64,000 bases of DNA from an uncultured Propionibacteriales bacterium (GTDB lineage: Bacteria > Actinomycetota > Actinomycetes > Propionibacteriales > Nocardioidaceae). The stretch is from positions 2,831 to 66,830 of the forward strand of contig CBFGZI010000003.1 in the NCBI GenBank assembly GCA_965653225.1, given 5' to 3'. The number at the start of each line of letters is the position of its first letter. Position 1 is the first letter of the stretch. Below, in pieces: positions 9,200 to 17,735 of the stretch. Below the pieces are notes generated by a model, which ran no database searches, was not told where the DNA came from, and was given only the letters and a program-made list of their open reading frames with translations. A program made the position numbers and the translations under genes.

Positions 9200-10249
9200 T
9201 CATGCCCGCGACAGCAGCATCGAGTCGCCGAACTCGTGCCACCGGTACCGCTGGTCGACCGCCTGCCGGTAGGCCGCTGCCACCAGGTCTGCTCCGACGA
9301 CCGCCTCCAGCAACCGCAGGTGGCTGGCCTCCGGTGGGTGTAGCCCGGTGATCAGACCGTCCACGGTCCGAGCGGGACGCTCCGGACCCAGCACGAGCCC
9401 GGTCCAGCCCTCGTCCGCGTGCACGCGGCCGTCGGAGTCGGTCACCGACTCCAGAGCGCGTACGACGGTGGTGCCGACCGCGATGACCCGGTACCCGGCC
9501 GCTTTGGCGCAGCCGACGAGTCGGGCGGTGCTGGCCGGCACCGAGTACCACTCCGGCAGGGGAGGCTCGTGCGCCTCCTGGCTGGAGACGCCCGTGTGCA
9601 GCAGCAGCGGCGCGAACATCACCCCGCGGCTCATCAGCCGTCCGAGCAGCTCGTGGGTGAACGGGCGTCCCGCGCTGGGCATCTCCGCGCTGCCGGGGGT
9701 GTCGGCGTACACGTTCTGTAGGTACTCCAGCGGCCACGGCTTGCGGACGTAGCCGTAGCGGATGGGCCGTCCGTTCCTGGGCAGGTAGTCGACCGGCGCA
9801 CGGTACGGCGTGGGCCGTGCGCGCCACAGCCGGCTGTGCGACATCTCGGCGTCCGGGTAGGCGGACTCGATGCGCAGGCCGATGCGGCCGGGCAGCCCGA
9901 TCCGCTCCGTCGCCGTGACGTCGGTCGCAGGGCCGGTGTTGTCGGCCCGGCGTACCTCCACGACCCAGTCGCCGTCGTCGAGGGCACCGGAGACGTGCAA
10001 CAGACCGGCGTTGCCGTCGCCCCGGGTGACCGCCAGCGCGGCCGGCAGCGTCGCGGAGGTGTTCACCACGACGAGGTCTCCGGGCTTGAGCACGTCGGGC
10101 AGTTCGCGGAACACGTGGTGCTCGATGCCGTCGGGGGTCGCGGTCAGCAGCCGGACGCCGTCCCGCGCGACGCCGCGTGCCTCCGGCGGGGCGTCCGCCT
10201 CGCTGTCGGGCGGGAGGGTGAAGCGCACCGGCTCGGTCGTCGCGTTCAT
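9200..10249 (-). CDS. S-adenosylmethionine:tRNA ribosyltransferase-isomerase (QueA)-like protein
   Basis: 349 aa. ...GSAEMPSAGRPFTHELLGRLMSRGVMFAPLLLHTGVSS...AVGTTVVRALES... resembles QueA-family conserved blocks. Confidence 0.75.
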   Translation of the reverse strand: MNATTEPVRFTLPPDSEADAPPEARGVARDGVRLLTATPDGIEHHVFRELPDVLKPGDLVVVNTSATLPAALAVTRGDGNAGLLHVSGALDDGDWVVEVRRADNTGPATDVTATERIGLPGRIGLRIESAYPDAEMSHSRLWRARPTPYRAPVDYLPRNGRPIRYGYVRKPWPLEYLQNVYADTPGSAEMPSAGRPFTHELLGRLMSRGVMFAPLLLHTGVSSQEAHEPPLPEWYSVPASTARLVGCAKAAGYRVIAVGTTVVRALESVTDSDGRVHADEGWTGLVLGPERPARTVDGLITGLHPPEASHLRLLEAVVGADLVAAAYRQAVDQRYRWHEFGDSMLLSRA

Positions 10250-10959
10250 GCCGGCACCGCCGCGGCGAGGTCGGCGGCACGGAAGCGGCCGCTGGGTAGG
10301 CGCTCGTCGACCAGCCTCAGCAGCGCGGGCACCACGGTCTCCGGCAGCGGGCGGTCGGAGATGTCCTCGCCGGGAAACGCCTCCTGGTGCATCTGCGTGC
10401 GCATGTCGCCCGGGTCGAAGGCGTAGATGCGAAGGTGTGGCAGCTCGGCACCGAGGATCGCGGTCAGCTGCTCGAGCGCGGCCTTGGACGACCCGTAGCC
10501 GCCCCAGCCGGCGTACGGCTCCACGGCAGCGTCCGACGTCACGTTGACGATATGTCCGCCTGCCTGCTCGAGGTACGGCAGGACCGCCTGGGTAAGGGCC
10601 AGCGGTGCGACGGTGTTGACGGCGTAGACACGCTCGAGGTCGGCCAGCGGGTAGCCCGCCAGCGGGGGCTGCGGGCTCGGGCCGAGCGTGCTGGCGTTGT
10701 TGACCAGCAGGTCGAGTCCGGTCTCTGCCACGGTCTCTCCCAGGGCGGCTGCCAGGCGGGCGCGGTGCCCGGGGTCGGCGAGGTCGCCGGCGACCGCGCG
10801 TACGTCCGGCGACCCGGCCGCCCGCAGCGCGTCGGCGGTCTCGGTGAGCAGGGTGGCGCCGCGGGCGTCGATGACGAGGCTCCAGTGGCGTTCGGCCAGC
10901 GCAGTCGTGAGGGCCCTCCCGAGGCCGCGCGTCGCGCCGGTCACCAGGGCTGCAGGCAT
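10246..10959 (-). CDS. SDR family oxidoreductase
   Basis: ALVTGATRGLGRAL (TGxxxGxG), NNAS, and Y..SK (GGYGSSKAAL) catalytic motif. Stop overlaps the QueA-like start (4-nt overlap). Confidence 0.85.
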   Translation of the reverse strand: MPAALVTGATRGLGRALTTALAERHWSLVIDARGATLLTETADALRAAGSPDVRAVAGDLADPGHRARLAAALGETVAETGLDLLVNNASTLGPSPQPPLAGYPLADLERVYAVNTVAPLALTQAVLPYLEQAGGHIVNVTSDAAVEPYAGWGGYGSSKAALEQLTAILGAELPHLRIYAFDPGDMRTQMHQEAFPGEDISDRPLPETVVPALLRLVDERLPSGRFRAADLAAAVPA

Positions 10960-11005
10960 TGGTGCTCCAAGGATCAGTGATGGTCGGTTACCTGCTGATC
11001 CTGCA

Positions 11006-11025
11006 ACTTAAAGTTAACTTCAAGT
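11006..11025. promoter_or_regulatory. 20-bp near-perfect palindrome in an AT-rich stretch upstream of the SDR/QueA-like operon (candidate operator)
   Basis: acttaaagttaacttcaagt: 18 of 20 positions are self-complementary around a central GTTAAC. On the operon strand it lies between a TTGACT (-35-like) and a CAGGAT (-10-like) separated by about 19 nt. Confidence 0.35.
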
Positions 11026-11182
11026 CAACGTCTAAGCATGAGCGCGCGCCCGCAAGACCCGGGCACATGGCTGGCGGTCACTTCCCAGGGCGCATATCCC
11101 TCGGGAAGCGCCCATCGGACCCGGTTACATGGCGCGTGGTCGCGCCTGCCCGGCGCCGCCGCCGAAGCGCCGGCAACACCCG

Positions 11183-12490
11183 TCAGAGCGCGGTATCCAC
11201 TCCCGGATCCCGGCGAACCACGGTCAGCAGGAGCACGGCAGCCAGCCCGGCACCACTGAAGATCACCGCCGCCATCGGCACGGCCGAGCTCGTGCCCAGC
11301 ACGCCCACCAACGGTGCGGTCACCGCGCCGACGCCGAACTGCACCGAGCCCAGCATCGCCGCGGCCGTACCCGCGGCCTCGCCGTGTCGCGACAGCGCGA
11401 GCGCCGGCGTGTTCGGCAGCGCCAGGCCACAGCAGCCGACCACCATCGCCAGCGGCACCAGCAGGCCGAACAGCCCGCCGAACCCGGTGAGGGTCGTGAG
11501 CACCATCGTGGCGGCGGCGGTCGTCGCGCCGAGGACCGCGAACGTGAGCACCTGGCTGGGCCGGTAGCGCTGCAGCAGCAGCGGGTTGAGCTGCGTGCCG
11601 AGGACGATGCCCAGGGCGTTGCAGCCGAAGACGATCCCGAAGGTGCGCGGGTCGAGGCCGTAGATGCCCTGCAGCACGAACGACGAGCCGGAGACGTAGC
11701 TGAACAGCGCCGACATCATCAGCCCCGCCACCAGCACCAGAGCCACGAACGTGGGGTCACGAAGCAGCGAGCGATAGGTGCGCAACGTCGCCATCGGCCG
11801 GGCCGAGCGGCGCCGCGGGGGCGGCAAGGTCTCCCTCAGCCCGAACGCCGCCACCAGCACCATCAGCAGCGCGCACACCGCCAGGACGACGAAGATCCCC
11901 CGCCACGACGTGTACTGCAGGATCAGCCCGCCCAGGCTCGGCGCGAGCACCGGCGCGACGCCGATGACCAGCATCAGCCGCGACAGCAGCCTCGCGGCCG
12001 CGATCCCGACGAACAGGTCGCGCACGGTCGCCATCGCGTTGACGCTGATCGCGGCGCCCGCGAACCCCTGCAGCACGCGCACCGCGCTCAGGCTCACCAC
12101 GTCTGGGGCCACCGCGCACAGCAGCGAGGTCAGCGCGTGCACCGCCACCCCGACCAGCAGCGGACGGCGGCGGCCCAGCGCGTCGGACACCGGGCCGATC
12201 ACCAGCTGCCCACACGCCAGACCCAGAAGCATGCCAGTCAGCGTGAACTGCACGCCGGTGTCGGAGGCGCCGAGGTCCTTGGCGAGCGCGGGCAGCGCCG
12301 GGAGGTACATGTCGATGGTGAGCGGCCCCATGGCGATGAGCGCACCGAGCACCAGGACAAGCTGGACGTAGCGCCGGCCGGTGGGCGGCGTGGGCCGCGG
12401 GGACGACGGCACTACCGACGACGAGCCCACGGCCTCCGACGGCTGCTGACGGGTGTTGTGGGCGCATGAGGGCGGCGAGGTCACGGTCAT
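11183..12490 (-). CDS. MFS multidrug efflux transporter, Bcr/CflA subfamily
   Basis: LGALIAMGPLTIDMYLPALPALAKDLGASDTGVQFTLTGMLLGLACGQLVIGPVSDALGRRRPLL is the typical Bcr/CflA N-terminal signature. About 12 TM helices. Confidence 0.85.
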   Translation of the reverse strand: MTVTSPPSCAHNTRQQPSEAVGSSSVVPSSPRPTPPTGRRYVQLVLVLGALIAMGPLTIDMYLPALPALAKDLGASDTGVQFTLTGMLLGLACGQLVIGPVSDALGRRRPLLVGVAVHALTSLLCAVAPDVVSLSAVRVLQGFAGAAISVNAMATVRDLFVGIAAARLLSRLMLVIGVAPVLAPSLGGLILQYTSWRGIFVVLAVCALLMVLVAAFGLRETLPPPRRRSARPMATLRTYRSLLRDPTFVALVLVAGLMMSALFSYVSGSSFVLQGIYGLDPRTFGIVFGCNALGIVLGTQLNPLLLQRYRPSQVLTFAVLGATTAAATMVLTTLTGFGGLFGLLVPLAMVVGCCGLALPNTPALALSRHGEAAGTAAAMLGSVQFGVGAVTAPLVGVLGTSSAVPMAAVIFSGAGLAAVLLLTVVRRDPGVDTAL

Positions 12491-12818
12491 CCATCCTCGC
12501 CCAGGCCACCGACACGCCTCCGGACCGGGTTGCCCGCACGACGAAAGGCAAAATCTTCGCTCGCCCTGCCGGCCCCCGACCCGTCACAGCCGCCGCGCCG
12601 CCGTCGTTCGCCCGGCCTATGTCTGGCTATGTCCGGCGAACGCGCTCCACGCCCGAAAGATCAGTGCGCGCATCCGGCGGGCGGGCCTCTCATCACCGGC
12701 TCATAGAAGTGTCATTCAGGTGAACAATGGTTTACAGGTGAGAGCGCGCCGTGGGGAACTGTGCACACGTCGTGACAGGAGGCGAAGCGACTTGCACCCC
12801 GCTGTGACGGGTCAGCCC

Positions 12819-14042
12819 ATGCCGGCCGGATCGGGCGGTCGCCGCATCGGCTACGTGCTCGAGATGTACCCGCGGTTCTCCGAGGCCTTCATCGTCAACG
12901 AGATCCTGGCGCTGGAGGCGACGGGCGAGGAGATCGACATCTTCTCGCTGCGGCTGCCGATCGACGGCCGGTTCCACGAGTCGCTCGCCGAGGTGCGCGC
13001 GCCGGTGACCTATATGCCGTACCAGGTGAAGGCGCCCGAGGTGTGGGACCTGCTGCGCGAGGGGCTCGACGTGCTGCCGCGGCTGAACGCGCGCATCCCC
13101 GATGTGCTGGCGCTGCCCGTCACCGACGCGGCCGGGGCGGTGCAGCTGGCGATGGCCGTACACCGGCTGGGCATCACCCATCTGCACGCGCACTTCGGGT
13201 CGATCGCCGCCGACGTGGCCCGCGTGGCGGCCCGGCTCGCCGGCGTCGGCTACAGCTTCACCGCGCACGCCGGCGACATCTTCCACGCCGATGCCGACCA
13301 CGAGGCGCTGCGGCGCAAGGTCGCCGACGCCTCAGCGGTGGTGACCGTCAGCGACTTCCACGTCCACCACCTGCACACGATGTTGGGTTCGGTCGCCGGG
13401 AAGGTCGTCCGCGTCTACAACGGGGTGGACCTGGGCCGCTTCCCGTACTCGTCGCCGGCCGACCGCCCGCCCGTGGTCGTCGCCGTCGGCCCACTCGTGC
13501 CCACGAAGGGCTTCACACACCTGGTCGACGCGGTCGCGATGCTGGTGAGCGAGGGACGCGACGTACGGCTCGACCTCGTGGGCACCGGCGAGGAGGAGCA
13601 GGCCCTGCACGCGCAGGTCGACGCGCTCGGCCTCCACCGACAAGTCCGCTTCCGCGGCGCGCTCTCGCAGCCGCACACCCGCGCCGCGATCAGACAGGCA
13701 GCTGCGCTCGCCGCGCCATGCGTCGTGGCGCCCGACGGCAGCCGCGACGGCCTGCCGGCCGTGCTGCTGGAGGCGATGGCCCTCGGGACACCGTGCGTGG
13801 CCACGCCGGTCGCCGGCCTGCCGGAGGCCGTCGCTCCGGACCACACCGGGCTTGTCGTTCCGGAGGGCGACCCCGCCACGCTGGCGAAGGCGCTGGCCCG
13901 GCTCCTCGACGACGCCGACCTGCGCCTCGAGCTGTCGACCAACGCACGAGCACTGGTCGAGCGCGAGTTCGACATCGCGAAGACGTGCGAGCAGCTCCGT
14001 GATGTTCTCGTCAAGGCCATCGAGGCTCCGGTGGTGGACTGA
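12819..14042 (+). CDS. Glycosyltransferase family 4 (WcaL-like)
   Basis: RIGYVLEMYPRFSEAFIVNEILALEATGEEIDIFSL N-terminus and a C-terminal EGLPAVLLEAMALGTPCVAT (GT-B E-x7-E region). The 122-codon N-terminal extension of ORF 12453..14042 is Arg/Pro-rich and was rejected. Confidence 0.8.
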   Translation: MPAGSGGRRIGYVLEMYPRFSEAFIVNEILALEATGEEIDIFSLRLPIDGRFHESLAEVRAPVTYMPYQVKAPEVWDLLREGLDVLPRLNARIPDVLALPVTDAAGAVQLAMAVHRLGITHLHAHFGSIAADVARVAARLAGVGYSFTAHAGDIFHADADHEALRRKVADASAVVTVSDFHVHHLHTMLGSVAGKVVRVYNGVDLGRFPYSSPADRPPVVVAVGPLVPTKGFTHLVDAVAMLVSEGRDVRLDLVGTGEEEQALHAQVDALGLHRQVRFRGALSQPHTRAAIRQAAALAAPCVVAPDGSRDGLPAVLLEAMALGTPCVATPVAGLPEAVAPDHTGLVVPEGDPATLAKALARLLDDADLRLELSTNARALVEREFDIAKTCEQLRDVLVKAIEAPVVD

Positions 14043-14217
14043 TGCGAACGGCCCGCACGTGCACCGGCTCTCATGTACCGGTCTTCGGGCACCCGGGCCC
14101 CTCGGCCCACGTCCGGGCGAAGTTGCAGCGCCCCGGCAGGCGGGAGATCGGCATAACCCTGTTGACTGAGGGCTCGCCGGGGCCGCTGCACGACATCCGA
14201 GACACCAGGGAGCGACG

Positions 14218-15534
14218 ATGAAGCCACGCATCGCCGTGATCGGCACCGGCTATCTCGGAGTCACCCACGCAGCCTGTCTGGCACACCTCGGCTACGAGGT
14301 GCTCGGCGTCGACACCGACACCGAGAAGGTGGCGCGCCTGGCGCGCGGCGAACCCACCTTCTACGAGCCCGACCTGCCCGAGCTGCTGGCGGCGTACACC
14401 GCCTCGGGGCGGCTGCGGTTCACGACCTCCTTCGAGGACGCGGCGAGGTTCGCCGACCTGCACTTCCTGTGCGTGGGAACCCCGCAGAGCGACGACGGGC
14501 TGGCCGCGGACACCAGCCAGCTCACCGACGCCGTCGACGCGCTGGTCCCCCACCTCACCCGTCCGGCGATCCTGGTCGGAAAGTCGACGGTCCCGCCGGG
14601 TACGGCCCACCGGCTGAGCGAACGCGCCGCCCGACTGGCCCGGCCGGGTGTCGAGGTCGAGGTCGCCTGGAACCCCGAGTTCCTGCGCGAGGGCCGCGCT
14701 GTCGAGGACACCCTCCGCCCCGACCGGATCGTGGTCGGCGTCGACACCGCCGAGCCCGAGAAGGTGGTGCGGGAGGTCTACGCCCCGCTGCTGGACCTGG
14801 GCGTGCCGCTGGTGGTGACCGACGTGGTCACGGCCGAGCTGACCAAGATGTCGGCGAACGCGTTCCTGGCCATGAAGGTGTCGTTCATCAACGCGGTCGC
14901 GCAGATGTGCGAGGCGGCCGGCGGCGACGTGGTGCCCCTGGCCGACGCGCTCGCGCACGACCACAGGATCGGCCGCGGCTTCCTCGCGGCCGGCCTGGGC
15001 TTCGGCGGCGGCTGCCTGCCCAAGGACCTGCGGTCGATGATGGCCACGGCCGACGAGCTCGGTGCGCCGGAGGCGTACGCCCTGCTGCGTGACGTGGAGC
15101 GCATAAATGCCCACTGCCGCACCCGCCTGGTCGACATCGTCCGCGAGCAGTGCGGCGGCAGCGTCGACGGCCGCACCATCGGCGTGCTCGGTGCGGCGTT
15201 CAAGCCCGGAACCGACGACGTCCGCGACTCGCCCGCACTGGAGGTGGCGGGCCAGCTGCGGGCACGCGGGGCCCACGTGCGGGTGTACGACCCGCAGGCC
15301 AACGCCAACGCGTCCGCGCTCTTCCCGGCCCTCGAGTACGTCGACAGCGTCGTCGACGCGGTCCGCGACGCCGACCTGGTGCTGCACCTCACCGAGTGGC
15401 CGGAGTTCCGCGACCTCGACCCCGCACGGCTTCTGCCGCTGCCGCTGGAGGCGCAGGTCGTCGACGGCCGCAACGCCCTCGACCCGCACCGGTGGCGGGC
15501 AGCCGGCTGGGTCTACCGGGGCGTGGGACATTGA
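14218..15534 (+). CDS. UDP-glucose 6-dehydrogenase (UDP-glucose/GDP-mannose dehydrogenase family)
   Basis: IAVIGTGYLGVTHAACLA (Rossmann), WNPEFLREG, GFGGGCLPKD (catalytic Cys), AFKPGTDDVRDSPAL. Confidence 0.9.
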   Translation: MKPRIAVIGTGYLGVTHAACLAHLGYEVLGVDTDTEKVARLARGEPTFYEPDLPELLAAYTASGRLRFTTSFEDAARFADLHFLCVGTPQSDDGLAADTSQLTDAVDALVPHLTRPAILVGKSTVPPGTAHRLSERAARLARPGVEVEVAWNPEFLREGRAVEDTLRPDRIVVGVDTAEPEKVVREVYAPLLDLGVPLVVTDVVTAELTKMSANAFLAMKVSFINAVAQMCEAAGGDVVPLADALAHDHRIGRGFLAAGLGFGGGCLPKDLRSMMATADELGAPEAYALLRDVERINAHCRTRLVDIVREQCGGSVDGRTIGVLGAAFKPGTDDVRDSPALEVAGQLRARGAHVRVYDPQANANASALFPALEYVDSVVDAVRDADLVLHLTEWPEFRDLDPARLLPLPLEAQVVDGRNALDPHRWRAAGWVYRGVGH

Positions 15535-15634
15535 CCGCACGCCCGCAGAGGGTCGGTGACCCGGTGACGGGCCCGGTCGCCGCGCCGACGCGGCTCACCC
15601 GGTCCGGCTGACCGCGCGGACTAGCCTGGTCGCC

Positions 15635-16159
15635 GTGGCGCTGGCGGTGTGTCTGCTGTTCGACGAGCGCGCCGACCGCGCGATGCGCCGGCTCTGGGAC
15701 CGGCTCGAGGAGATCGACGTACCGACGCTTCGCTCGCACACCCACGGCCGGCACGTGCCGCACCTGTCGTACGCGGTGCTCCGCGAGTGGGACCTGGAGA
15801 AGGTGCGCGACCGCATCGAGGAGCTCCCCTCCGGCGACCCCGTGGACCTGCACTTCGACGCGCTGGGGACGTTCCGGCGTGGCCGCTCGTGGCTGGTGGC
15901 CGCCGTCGGCAGCGAGGTCATGACGCGCCAGGAGCGGGTGGTCCAGGCGGCCACCGACGCCGGCGCGGAGATGCACCGCAACTACCTGCCCGGCACGTGG
16001 GTGCCGCACTGCACGCTCGCGCCGAGGGTCCACCTGACGGACCTGCCGGCGGTCGCCGCGGCCGTGTACGACGTGCTGCCGCTGCACGCGCGCGCCGACC
16101 ACGCCGCGCTCGTCGACAGCGGCACCGGCCAGCTCTTCCCGCTCACCAACCTCCCGTGA
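15635..16159 (+). CDS. 2H phosphoesterase / 2'-5' RNA ligase (LigT-like) family protein
   Basis: Two H-x-S/T motifs (HVPHLSY and PHCTLAP) at the spacing expected for the 2H superfamily. GTG start. Confidence 0.7.
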   Translation: MALAVCLLFDERADRAMRRLWDRLEEIDVPTLRSHTHGRHVPHLSYAVLREWDLEKVRDRIEELPSGDPVDLHFDALGTFRRGRSWLVAAVGSEVMTRQERVVQAATDAGAEMHRNYLPGTWVPHCTLAPRVHLTDLPAVAAAVYDVLPLHARADHAALVDSGTGQLFPLTNLP

Positions 16160-16184
16160 GCGGCGCGCGACCTACGCTGGTCGG

Positions 16185-16370
16185 GTGGTACGCAAACGCT
16201 GGTACTTCGTGCTCATGGGCACCTGCATCGGCCTCATCCTGCTCGCATGGAACGTCGTGCGGTTCTGGTCGACGACCGCAGCCGTGGTGATGAGCGTGGT
16301 CGCAGCCGTCATCCCACCGGCCGCGGCGATCGTGGCCAACCCGCCGTGGCAGCGCGGCGACCGCTCCTAG
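16185..16370 (+). CDS. DUF3099-like small membrane protein
   Basis: 61 aa with two hydrophobic helices (YFVLMGTCIGLILLAW, AAVVMSVVAAVIPPAAAIV), as in the actinobacterial DUF3099 family. Confidence 0.6.
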   Translation: MVRKRWYFVLMGTCIGLILLAWNVVRFWSTTAAVVMSVVAAVIPPAAAIVANPPWQRGDRS

Positions 16371-16371
16371 C

Positions 16372-16935
16372 ATGGGGGCCATGGCCAGCCCCGACCCCAC
16401 GCCTGACCAAGAGCCTGACCAAGAGCCCGACCAAACGCCTGACCAAAGGCCTGACCGCGGGCCCGAGCGCGACCGAGACGAGCACGGGCGAGCCCGGCAG
16501 GCGCGCCCCCGTGACGAGCTGGGCCGGCCGCTGCCCTACGGCAGCAAGGGCGTCGAGCCGGTGTCGGAGGAGCCGCTGCCGCCCGACGAGACCCTGCGCT
16601 ACGCACGGGACCTGGTCGACGGCGGGCGGCCGTTCTCCGCGCACGAGGTGCTGGAAGCACGCTGGAAGGCCGGACCCGACGAGCAGCGCGACCTGTGGCA
16701 GGGGCTGGCGCAGATCTGCGTCGGGCTGACGCACGCCCTGCGCGGCAACCAGGTCGGCGCGCAGCGGCTGGTCGACCGAGGCTGCGCACGGCTGGACGCG
16801 TACGCCACCACCGGCGAGCCCGAATTCGGTCTCGACCTGGCCGAGGTGGCACGCTGCGCGCGCGGCAGGGTGGCGCAGCAGCCGGGGCGGGAAACCCAGC
16901 CAGGCCAGGCTGGTACCGAGGACGAGCCCCGGTAA
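16372..16935 (+). CDS. DUF309 domain protein with low-complexity (PDQE)n N-terminus
   Basis: FSAHEVLEARWKAGPDEQRDLWQGLAQICVGLTHALRGN matches the DUF309 core (HE.LE..W ... GL.Q.a..l.H...GN). Confidence 0.7.
   Translation: MGAMASPDPTPDQEPDQEPDQTPDQRPDRGPERDRDEHGRARQARPRDELGRPLPYGSKGVEPVSEEPLPPDETLRYARDLVDGGRPFSAHEVLEARWKAGPDEQRDLWQGLAQICVGLTHALRGNQVGAQRLVDRGCARLDAYATTGEPEFGLDLAEVARCARGRVAQQPGRETQPGQAGTEDEPR
16402..16461 (+). repeat. In-frame 12-bp tandem repeat, about 5 copies, encoding (P-D-Q-E/T/R)n
   Basis: cctgaccaagag / cctgaccaagag / cccgaccaaacg / cctgaccaaagg / cctgaccgcggg. Confidence 0.8.
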
Positions 16936-16946
16936 CCGCCCCGTCC

Positions 16947-17396
16947 TCACGCCGTCCGCGACGCCACCCAGCGACCCAGCCCGAGCCGCGCGCCGCGCAT
17001 CATCCACGCGTGGTTGAGCCGCAGCACCGGACGCCCGACGAACCCGACCCAGCGCAGCATCCGCCCGCGCACGACCACCTCCTGCTCGTACACCAGCGCG
17101 GTGCCCGCGTGCGTCGGCGTCATCGTCCATCGCGACCAGCCGTCGAGGTCGCCGTCCAGGCGTACCTCGAGAACGTGCGCGTCGGGGTCCTCGCGGGCCC
17201 GCTGCGCGCGCAGCCGCAGTGTGTAGGGCAACACGGAGCGGCATCGCACTGCCGCGGTGTCGTCGTCGATCCGCTCCACCGAGCGGAGCTGGGGCCACCA
17301 GTGCGGGTAGGCGGCGATGTCGGAGAGCACGTCGAACAGCCGGTCCGCGTCCAGGCCGACCTCCCAGGCCGAGCGGAAGCAGTACGTGCTGGGCAT
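16947..17396 (-). CDS. SRPBCC (polyketide cyclase/dehydrase-like) family protein
   Basis: MPSTYCFRSAWEVGLDADRLFDVLSDIAAYPHWWPQL... is typical of the SRPBCC/START fold. Start taken at the internal ATG 17396. Confidence 0.7.
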   Translation of the reverse strand: MPSTYCFRSAWEVGLDADRLFDVLSDIAAYPHWWPQLRSVERIDDDTAAVRCRSVLPYTLRLRAQRAREDPDAHVLEVRLDGDLDGWSRWTMTPTHAGTALVYEQEVVVRGRMLRWVGFVGRPVLRLNHAWMMRGARLGLGRWVASRTA

Positions 17397-17435
17397 CACC
17401 CCTCCATCCTGCCGGACGTGCATAGGCTGACCCCC

Positions 17436-17735
17436 ATGATCGTCGCGTTCAGCATCAGCCCGGGAGTGGCCGACGAGTCCGGCGGAGTCAGCGAGGCGGT
17501 CGCCGAGGCGATCCGCGTCGTCCGTGACTCCGGGCTCCCCCACGAGACCAACGCCATGTTCACCAACATCGAAGGCGAGTGGGACGAGGTCATGGCCGTC
17601 GTCAAGCAGGCCGTCGACGTCATCGCAGCCAAGTCCCCTCGCGTCGGGCTCGTCCTCAAGGCCGACATCCGGCCGGGTCGCACCGGGCAGCTACAGGCGA
17701 AGGTGCAGCGCATCGAGGAGCGTCTGCAGCAATGA
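17436..17735 (+). CDS. MTH1187/YkoF-like thiamine-binding family protein
   Basis: 99 aa: MIVAFSISPGV...SEAVAEAIRVVRDSGLPHETNAMFTNIEGEWDEVMAVVKQA, the hallmark of the MTH1187 (DUF77) family. Confidence 0.75.
   Translation: MIVAFSISPGVADESGGVSEAVAEAIRVVRDSGLPHETNAMFTNIEGEWDEVMAVVKQAVDVIAAKSPRVGLVLKADIRPGRTGQLQAKVQRIEERLQQ

Noticed and set aside
9174-10280. 368-aa alternative-frame ORF over the QueA-like gene
   Set aside because: It is a same-strand alternative frame with extreme Arg/Pro/Gly content. The 9200..10249 frame carries the family motifs.
14071-15540. 489-aa minus-strand ORF
   Set aside because: It is antisense to the UDP-glucose dehydrogenase gene, which has unmistakable family motifs. 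The composition is artefactual.
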